64,000 nucleotides of DNA from Candidatus Moraniibacteriota bacterium (GTDB taxonomy: Bacteria > Patescibacteriota > Minisyncoccia > Moranbacterales > UBA1568): contig JAUSGT010000001.1 in assembly GCA_030648835.1 (NCBI GenBank), positions 551 through 64,550 of the forward strand. The letters are read 5' to 3'. The notes under the pieces are model-generated. The model was not told where the DNA came from. It did not search any database and worked only from the letters and a program-made list of their open reading frames with translations. Shown here one piece after another: positions 30,447 through 38,895 of the stretch. Position 1 is the first letter of the stretch. Every line of letters starts with the position of its first letter. The translations under genes were made by a program, and so were the position numbers.

Positions 30447-33002
30447 ATGCAAACAGAAAAACAATTACAAAACCTAATATTTTTAAGCATTGGTATAGTG
30501 GCAGCATTTGTTTTTGCTGTTCCGTTTTTTGTTCTTGCGCAGGAAACAGAGGGACCTGTTTTTGGTGACACAGTCCAGAGTAAAGCCGTGCTTTTGGCAA
30601 CAGTGAATATTTATAATGCTACTTTCATACAAACCGGAAACAATTTCTCCCTTTCCTTTGATTTAACGAATAAGGTTGGTGTTCAGCCGGGGATCAAATA
30701 CAGCGCCGTTCTCATAAAAGAAACAAAAGAGGGGCAGGTTGTTGTGGATGAACATGTCTATGACGAAGTTGTGGCTCTCGGTGAGAATAGCTCTGTGCAT
30801 AAAATAGTCGACTATACAGCCCCAGCCAATTTGGAAGGCGAATATACTCTTCTTATTTCAAGTAAAAATACGAGTGATTTTCCTTTTGGGCAAATCTTGC
30901 TCGGTACAGTAAACCTTCAAAAGAGCGCCACTGATGCGAATCCAATTGCTATAGACACACAGAGTTGCTACCTGACAGTAGAAGGGGAAGAAGGCCAGCC
31001 GCACCACGTCCCTTCTCAGGGCGTTGTTATTTCTTCTGCCGAAAATTTACAAAGTAATTGTTTGGTAGAGAATACTTCGAGTTCTCCAGTCGTTACCACA
31101 CCTTTATTTACCACTCGCGCGCGTTCAAATTTTGGCGGTACAGTAGACGCGCAAGGTGGTGATATCGGCTCCATCACACTGGCTCCGTACGAAAAGAGAA
31201 TGGTTGTCACCGCGCTCCCGAAACCGTTACTGTCTCAATCCTACTCTGTGAATCTGCAATATGGATCAACAAGCAATAGAATCTCCTATTATTACGTTAT
31301 TTCGGGTGGTGGCGCGACGATTCAAAGCATCCTTTTTGATAAAGACAATTATACAAAAGGAGAAACAGCGGATATTTCGTTTATGTGGTCACCATCCGTC
31401 GATACTCTTCGTAGCTTTTCTCAGGGAACAACCCCAAAACCAACTACATTTTCTGTCACTATTTTACTGGTTGACGAAAACGGAAATTCTTGTGCCAATC
31501 CTTTCAATCAATCCGTTACCAGCCAAGAAATGCGGTTGGAGCTTACGATACCTATGACTGCTTCTTGTCTTCACCCGAAAGCGGATGTGACACTCATGGA
31601 CGCACAGTCAAACACGTCATCCCACGTCTCATTTGAGACAGGGGTGGCATCTCCATCTTTGCAAAAAGGACCCAATGTAAAAATTGTCGCTCTTTCCGTG
31701 TTTGTGATCCTCTTATTCATCATAGGCGCCTTTGTCTTTTACAGAAAAAGAATTCGTATTTCTCTGCCGCCGACCTTGCTCTTCTTTATTGTCGTTATGG
31801 GGAGTATGTTTCTTGGCCCAGGCAGCGCGAAAGCGGATACATTTGCTATGGGTTACGGAGTTTACACAGTGTCAATCAATAAAGCCTCATATGCACCTGG
31901 TGAACCAATGACAATTTATGGTTCGGTGCGAAACCTCGTACCTTCTCTTACTTTTGAATTTCGTCTTTTCTATGCTATCGATACAAGTATTTATAATTCA
32001 TGTCCAAGTTGTCGCAATGTTTTTGATGTAGGTGTCGGGGGATCTCCTTATTCAACTTCTGTCAGCGCTTTTGCCCCATCTGGTGTAGGGGGGCATAGTG
32101 TTACTTTTCTTGCCGCTGATGCTGTGTTTGCGGGGGTTCATACGTTAGCGGGTGGTTTTACTGTTACATCGGCGTGCGCCCCAGATCAAGGTACTGCGTG
32201 TCCTTCAACAACTGCCAACGTTTGCGGTCAGACTCAGTCCGACGGCGCTATTCAATGCGATGGTTCTTGTTCATCAACTACGCCACCGATAACTACTCCC
32301 AATGGTACTACCTATCGTGCTTCCTGTGTCTCTTCCACCAACGCCTGTGATCAGACTCAGTCCGATGGCACTATTCAATGTGATGGTTCTTGCTCATCGA
32401 CTCCTCCACCGAATTCAAATTGTCCGCTTCCTACTCTCGATTTTTCTGCCAACCCGACCACAGTTACGTCTGGTGATTCATCAACCATCACCTGGACGAC
32501 AACTAATGCTACCTGGTGTTGGGCATGGTCGGATAATACGATGAACGATGGGAACTGGACAATTTTTGATGATGGCACCCCGGGTGATAATTGGAAAATT
32601 AGTACTGATGGAACTCATACTCAAACTGTCTTTCCGACTGCTTCCACTACGTATAGTATGGAATGCGGAAACAGTATCGATGCTTCTTCCGGAGCAAAGC
32701 AAGCCACGGTGACGGTGCCTGCGAGAATAAATGGTGGATGGTCTCTTTGGTCAAACTGTTCTTCTACAACTTGTGGAACGGATGGGACACAAACGAGAAC
32801 GTGTACCAACCCCGCTCCTTCGGGCGGCGGTGCGGATTGTGTTGGACCTCTCACTCAGAGTTGCACCAATCTGCCTTGCTGTATTCCGGATTGCAGCGCG
32901 GCTGTCAATTACTGTAGTGGCACTAGCTTCGATGACAGTTGTGGGGGATCATGCACCGGTACTCGCTTTTGCAATTTCAATTGGAAAGAAGTGGCGCCGT
33001 AG
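30447..33002 (+). CDS. Fused membrane-anchored domain + internal signal peptide + TSP1-containing protein ending RFCNFNWKEVAP
   Basis: N-terminal signal (VLA|QE), TM-RKRIR-hydrophobic-AKA|D junction, duplicated CxQTQSDGxIQCDGSCSST repeat, and TSP1 motif GGWSLWSNCS...QTRTC. Start placed at ATG 30447. Confidence 0.87.
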   Translation: MQTEKQLQNLIFLSIGIVAAFVFAVPFFVLAQETEGPVFGDTVQSKAVLLATVNIYNATFIQTGNNFSLSFDLTNKVGVQPGIKYSAVLIKETKEGQVVVDEHVYDEVVALGENSSVHKIVDYTAPANLEGEYTLLISSKNTSDFPFGQILLGTVNLQKSATDANPIAIDTQSCYLTVEGEEGQPHHVPSQGVVISSAENLQSNCLVENTSSSPVVTTPLFTTRARSNFGGTVDAQGGDIGSITLAPYEKRMVVTALPKPLLSQSYSVNLQYGSTSNRISYYYVISGGGATIQSILFDKDNYTKGETADISFMWSPSVDTLRSFSQGTTPKPTTFSVTILLVDENGNSCANPFNQSVTSQEMRLELTIPMTASCLHPKADVTLMDAQSNTSSHVSFETGVASPSLQKGPNVKIVALSVFVILLFIIGAFVFYRKRIRISLPPTLLFFIVVMGSMFLGPGSAKADTFAMGYGVYTVSINKASYAPGEPMTIYGSVRNLVPSLTFEFRLFYAIDTSIYNSCPSCRNVFDVGVGGSPYSTSVSAFAPSGVGGHSVTFLAADAVFAGVHTLAGGFTVTSACAPDQGTACPSTTANVCGQTQSDGAIQCDGSCSSTTPPITTPNGTTYRASCVSSTNACDQTQSDGTIQCDGSCSSTPPPNSNCPLPTLDFSANPTTVTSGDSSTITWTTTNATWCWAWSDNTMNDGNWTIFDDGTPGDNWKISTDGTHTQTVFPTASTTYSMECGNSIDASSGAKQATVTVPARINGGWSLWSNCSSTTCGTDGTQTRTCTNPAPSGGGADCVGPLTQSCTNLPCCIPDCSAAVNYCSGTSFDDSCGGSCTGTRFCNFNWKEVAP

Positions 33003-33020
33003 AGAGAGTCAATGAAAACA

Positions 33021-33055
33021 AAAAAACACCCTTCGATAAGCTCAGGGTGTTTTTT
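33021..33055. terminator. Bidirectional rho-independent terminator
   Basis: AAAAAACACCCT-loop-AGGGTGTTTTTT between convergent genes. Confidence 0.75.
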
Positions 33056-34590
33056 CATTCCGCGATATTCTTGAATTCGTTGTGGCGCAGTTCGTGGTGA
33101 ATATGTGATTTGGCGGTGGATGTTTTGACGAAGTCCAGCCAATCGCGGCTCGGTTTCTTTTTTTCTTTGACGGTGAGAATCTCGATCACTTGGCCGTTTT
33201 GGATGTGATAATCGAGCGGCACCATCTTGCGATCGGCTTTGGCGCCGACGGTGCGATTGCCGACTTCGCTATGGATAGCGTAGGCGAAATCGATCGGGGT
33301 GGCTTCCTCGGGCAACTCGATGATGTCGCCCTTGGGAGTAAAGGCAAAAATATGGTTTTTGAAAAATTCTATTTTCAGTCCTTCCATGAATTCTTTGTCG
33401 TCCCGGCCGATTTCTTTCTGCCACTCTTTCAGTTGTCTGACCCATGTGAGTTCCTTGGGTGGGACAGCGGAACTTTCTTTTCTGCGGAAGAAGAGATTGC
33501 GCCAGCTGGGACGCGCTTTTTCCGTGTACATCCAGTGGGCGGCGATGCCATACTCTGATTCGTCATGCATTTTTTGGGTGCGGATCTGGATTTCCAGAAT
33601 ACGACCATCGGGTCCGAAAATCGTGGTATGCAAGGATTGATACCCGTTGGGTTTAGGGAGCGAAATATAATCTTTGATGCGGCCGACCATCGGTCGGTAT
33701 TCGCGATGAATGATGCCGAGAGCTTCATAGCAATCGGCGATTTCCGGAACGACGATGCGGATGGCGATGAGATCATAGATGCGACTGACATCCATATCAT
33801 GACGCTTCAATTTTTGGTACAGGCGGTAGAGATGTTTGGTCCGCCCGGTGATATCGATGAGTTTGATTTTTTCTTTTTCCAAGACGCCATGGAAAAGTTT
33901 CACAATACGATTCATATATTCCTCGCCCTCATGCATGTAGGTTTCCTCGATTTTTTTCGTTTCCGCGTAGTGTTCGGGTTCGATGTATTTGAAACAGAGG
34001 TCTTCCAGTTCAACCTTGATTTCACCGATGCCGAGGCGGTTGGCGATGGGCGTGTAGATTTCCATTGTTTCTCGGGCGATGCGGAGCTGTTTTTCGGGGG
34101 GGAGATATTCCAGTGTGCGCATATTGTGCAACCGGTCGGCGAGTTTGATAATCACGACGCGGATATCCTGCGCCATAGCCAGGAACATCTTGCGGAGATT
34201 TTCGAGGTAGTATTCTTCTTTGGTGCCGCGCAACTTGATTTTTCCCAGTTTGGTGATGCCATCGATGAGGTAGGCCACTTCGGCGCCAAATTTTTTCTCA
34301 ATTTCGGCAAGCGTGACTTCCGTATCCTCCGGTACGTCATGGAGGATGGAAGCTACGATTGTTTTGGCATCCATGCCGATTTCGGTCAATGTTTTGGCTA
34401 CATGGAGACAGTGAGAAATATACTCAAGTCCGGATTTTCGTTTCTGGCCGTGGTGGGCACTGTCCGCGAAACGATAGGCTTCCGTGATGAGTTTCTGTTC
34501 ATCACTTGAGAAAGGGCGTCCTGTGGCGCTTATGATATCGCTGAGAGTAATCGGAGTGGGCATAGGCAAAAGAAAAAAACGTACATTCAT
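33055..34590 (-). CDS. rel: RelA/SpoT homologue (HD hydrolase, synthetase, TGS; no C-terminal ACT)
   Basis: HHGQKRKSG, LHDVPEDT, KLADRLHNMRT, PKPNGYQSLHT, EIQIRT and TPIDFAYAIHS motifs. Confidence 0.93.
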   Translation of the reverse strand: MNVRFFLLPMPTPITLSDIISATGRPFSSDEQKLITEAYRFADSAHHGQKRKSGLEYISHCLHVAKTLTEIGMDAKTIVASILHDVPEDTEVTLAEIEKKFGAEVAYLIDGITKLGKIKLRGTKEEYYLENLRKMFLAMAQDIRVVIIKLADRLHNMRTLEYLPPEKQLRIARETMEIYTPIANRLGIGEIKVELEDLCFKYIEPEHYAETKKIEETYMHEGEEYMNRIVKLFHGVLEKEKIKLIDITGRTKHLYRLYQKLKRHDMDVSRIYDLIAIRIVVPEIADCYEALGIIHREYRPMVGRIKDYISLPKPNGYQSLHTTIFGPDGRILEIQIRTQKMHDESEYGIAAHWMYTEKARPSWRNLFFRRKESSAVPPKELTWVRQLKEWQKEIGRDDKEFMEGLKIEFFKNHIFAFTPKGDIIELPEEATPIDFAYAIHSEVGNRTVGAKADRKMVPLDYHIQNGQVIEILTVKEKKKPSRDWLDFVKTSTAKSHIHHELRHNEFKNIAE

Positions 34591-34715
34591 AGTATAGGTG
34601 ACCTTCGAGTAAAAAGAAAGTTAGGGCGCATCTTTCGGTAGAAGTTATAATTAACTAGTCTCAAGTAAACTCTATTTATCCCTCTCTTGAAGGAAGTAAT
34701 AAGTAAAACTTTGTT

Positions 34716-34818
34716 GTCATCCTGAACGGAGTTGAAGCCTGCCTGCCGGCGGGCAGGGATCTCGAAAAGAAGGAACTGTGCTTTCTATAACGGGATTCTT
34801 CGCTTTGCTCAGAAAGAC
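34716..34818. repeat. GTCAT-type palindromic repeat with nested CCTGCCTGCCGGCGGGCAGG palindrome
   Basis: Related to 16378-16460 in inverted orientation, and carries an inserted 20-bp near-palindrome. Confidence 0.65.
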
Positions 34819-34854
34819 AGAGGATTCTACTTGAGATGGGGTCAATGATTCTTC

Positions 34855-34884
34855 TTGACAAACGCAACTCAGTTGCGTTAGAGT
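34855..34884 (+). promoter_or_regulatory. Promoter with overlapping 9-1-9 operator (probable Zur/Fur box)
   Basis: TTGACA (34855), AACGCAACT-C-AGTTGCGTT (34861-34879) and TAGAGT, 6 nt before the ATG of a Fur-family gene. Confidence 0.7.
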
Positions 34885-34890
34885 AAGTAT

Positions 34891-35316
34891 ATGGGATACG
34901 AAGAAGAAATTTTTACCGTATTGAAAACACACCATCTCCGCCTTACAAAGACACGCAAGGCTTTGATAGAGGTTTTTTTTCGGTATGAGGTTCCTCTTTC
35001 CGCACAGGATATTTCACGCGAGCTGTCAAAAATACAGAGAGCCGTCAACAAAACAACAGTGTATCGAGAACTGGAGCGGTTACGGGAAATAGGTATTATT
35101 GGAGCTGTTCAATTGGGAGATCGGAAACAATATTATGAGTTGGCTCTGCGTAGGCACCATCACCATCTCATCTGTTTACGTTGTGCGGTGGTAGAGGATA
35201 TTGATATGGATGAGCGAGCGCTTCTAGGTCAGGAGAAGCGAATACAAGGGGAAAAACACTTTACTATTCTCCGCCATTCGCTTGAATTTTTCGGGTTGTG
35301 TAAAATGTGTAGCTGA
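34891..35316 (+). CDS. zur: Fur-family regulator (Zur-like)
   Basis: TTVYREL, HHHHLICLRC and FFGLCKMC motifs; co-transcribed with a ZIP transporter. Confidence 0.85.
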   Translation: MGYEEEIFTVLKTHHLRLTKTRKALIEVFFRYEVPLSAQDISRELSKIQRAVNKTTVYRELERLREIGIIGAVQLGDRKQYYELALRRHHHHLICLRCAVVEDIDMDERALLGQEKRIQGEKHFTILRHSLEFFGLCKMCS

Positions 35317-35324
35317 AAAATACT

Positions 35325-36074
35325 ATGATAACGGTCTATGTGTATACTTTTGTCGGGGTACTCGTGGTGAGTGTGATTTCTTTGGTGGGAGTATTTATTT
35401 TTTCCTCTCGAGAAGATATCTTGCGAAAATATATTTTTATATGTATCAGTCTGGCAGTGGGGGCGCTCCTCGGTGACGCGTTTATTCATCTGATACCCGA
35501 GGCGCTCGAAAAATCTTCGGACACCACCGCTACCGGTGTCTTCATCATTCTGGGTATCCTCTCGTTTTTTACTTTGGAAAAAGTTCTTCATTGGCACCAT
35601 CATGGCGAAGACGCGAAAGAAAATCATATTCATCCGGTAGGCAGACTGATACTTTTTTCGGATGGTGTCCATAACTTTTTGGACGGTACCATCATTGCGG
35701 CAAGTTTTATGGTGAGTGTTCCGGTAGGTGTCGCTACGACTCTCGCCGTTATCCTCCACGAGATACCCCAAGAGGTGGGAGATTTTGCCATATTGCTTCA
35801 CTCCGGGTACTCGAGGAGACGAGCTCTTGTGCTCAATTTTCTATCCGCTCTTACGGCGTTTGTGGGAGCTGTGGCTTTTTTCGCGTTTGGTGAACTTTCG
35901 AAATCTTTGGTGGATTATTTTATTCCTCTTGCCGCAGGAGGTTTTATTTATATTGCCGCTTCCGATCTTATCCCCGAACTCCACAAAACAAAGCAGGCGA
36001 GACACTCTCTCTACCAACTGGTGGCGGTGCTCTTGGGGGTTCTCGCCATGGTTGCTCTCGCCTTTTTAAACTAG
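35325..36074 (+). CDS. ZIP-family zinc transporter
   Basis: HNFLDG, HEIPQEVGDF and SDLIPELH motifs. Confidence 0.92.
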   Translation: MITVYVYTFVGVLVVSVISLVGVFIFSSREDILRKYIFICISLAVGALLGDAFIHLIPEALEKSSDTTATGVFIILGILSFFTLEKVLHWHHHGEDAKENHIHPVGRLILFSDGVHNFLDGTIIAASFMVSVPVGVATTLAVILHEIPQEVGDFAILLHSGYSRRRALVLNFLSALTAFVGAVAFFAFGELSKSLVDYFIPLAAGGFIYIAASDLIPELHKTKQARHSLYQLVAVLLGVLAMVALAFLN

Positions 36075-36113
36075 GATGGTTCTGTCCTGTGAATTACGAA
36101 ACTCCCATTTTCT

Positions 36114-36189
36114 GTCATCCCCGCGAAGGCGGGGATCCAGAATATGGCTTATTTACGAGAACCTAGATTCCCACCTTCGCGGGGATGAC
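36114..36189. repeat. GTCATCCCCGCGAAGGCGGGGATCC palindromic repeat
   Basis: Arms GTCATCCCCGCGAAGG / CCTTCGCGGGGATGAC. Confidence 0.75.
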
Positions 36190-36198
36190 AACTGGGAT

Positions 36199-36239
36199 TT
36201 GACACCTCTTTTTTGGCAGTCTATAATTGAGAGTGCTAA
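36199..36239 (+). promoter_or_regulatory. Sigma70 promoter overlapped by a CIRCE element (HrcA operator)
   Basis: TTGACA-N17-TATAAT, with TTGGCAGTC-N9-GAGTGCTAA at 36213-36239. Confidence 0.85.
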
Positions 36240-36242
36240 TAG

Positions 36243-37910
<1,668 letters not shown>

Positions 37911-38073
37911 AAATGGAATCTAGAATTTTGAATTTAGAATCTTGGTAAAAGAGGCTTGAAAAGCCTCTTTTTGTTTCTTTTATTTTAAAGTTTGGAAACG
38001 AGGGTTGAAAATGTGATACAATTGGAGCAAGGAGTGCCATTTTTTAAAACATTCAAAAAATTGGTTTTGTAAT

Positions 38074-38532
38074 ATGTTTATGTTGAAAGCTAACAAAGGG
38101 TCTGCCCTTGTTTTCTCACTAATCATTCTCGGATTTCTTTTGGTATCGGCTCTTTCCGTGGCGACTATCGCGGTGGCCGACAAAAAATCCGCTCTCTCTA
38201 CCGAGAAGTCCGGCATTTCTTTTCAGACTGCCGACAGTGGGATAGAGAGAGTTTTGCAAACAATTTATAAGAAGGCACCTACAGGCTTGGAAAGTTTGGC
38301 AACTAAATTGGGAGGCGGAGCTTCTTGCAGGAGTGGAGTGGTTTCTTTCTCTGTCGCTCAAGGAAACGTGAAAGTTTTCTTTTATGAAGGTGTAGAAGGT
38401 AAAACTCTTTATACAAGATGTAATAATGATGCTACTTGGCGGAGTACTATCAATAAAATTAAATCCGTAGGGACGTATGCCAATACGACGCGAGTGGTGG
38501 AAGTGAGCATAAATCCCCCTTCTCCTCCTTGA
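38074..38532 (+). CDS. PilX-like minor pilin
   Basis: Class III-like signal KG|SALVFSLIIL lacking Glu5, and SFQTADSGIE motif. Confidence 0.7.
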   Translation: MFMLKANKGSALVFSLIILGFLLVSALSVATIAVADKKSALSTEKSGISFQTADSGIERVLQTIYKKAPTGLESLATKLGGGASCRSGVVSFSVAQGNVKVFFYEGVEGKTLYTRCNNDATWRSTINKIKSVGTYANTTRVVEVSINPPSPP

Positions 38533-38635
38533 AAATTTTCCAATCAAAAAACGCCTTTGCCAGGCGTTTTTTGATTTGGAGAAGCGTTAATGGGCGGGTA
38601 AACATTTCTTATCACTTCTTTTCTGCCACATCTAT

Positions 38636-38895
38636 TTTATGAGGGTTGTGGTTTGTACAAGTTTTATTGCTGCATCTTTCCGGGATTGTTTTTGGTCGCA
38701 GATAATATCCTCGCCGTCGCTCAGATATTTCCGCGACCCCGGCTCGCGGTTTCGTCTGCTGACGAAACATCGCTCCGCCCCACGAAAACAATAGTACACG
38801 CAAAGCAGTTTGCGTGTACCTCCTGTTCACTTCTTTAATTTATGAGGGTTGTGGTTTGTACAAGTTTTATTGCTGCATCTTTCCGGGATTGTTTT
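38636..38895. repeat. 57-bp perfect direct repeat of the topA 3' end flanking a hairpin-rich spacer
   Basis: 38636-38692 is identical to 38839-38895. Confidence 0.9.

Noticed and set aside
38612-38830. 72-aa ORF ending in a TopA-like tail as an independent gene
   Set aside because: Its N-terminal part is translated hairpin spacer. It is better explained by the 57-bp duplication.
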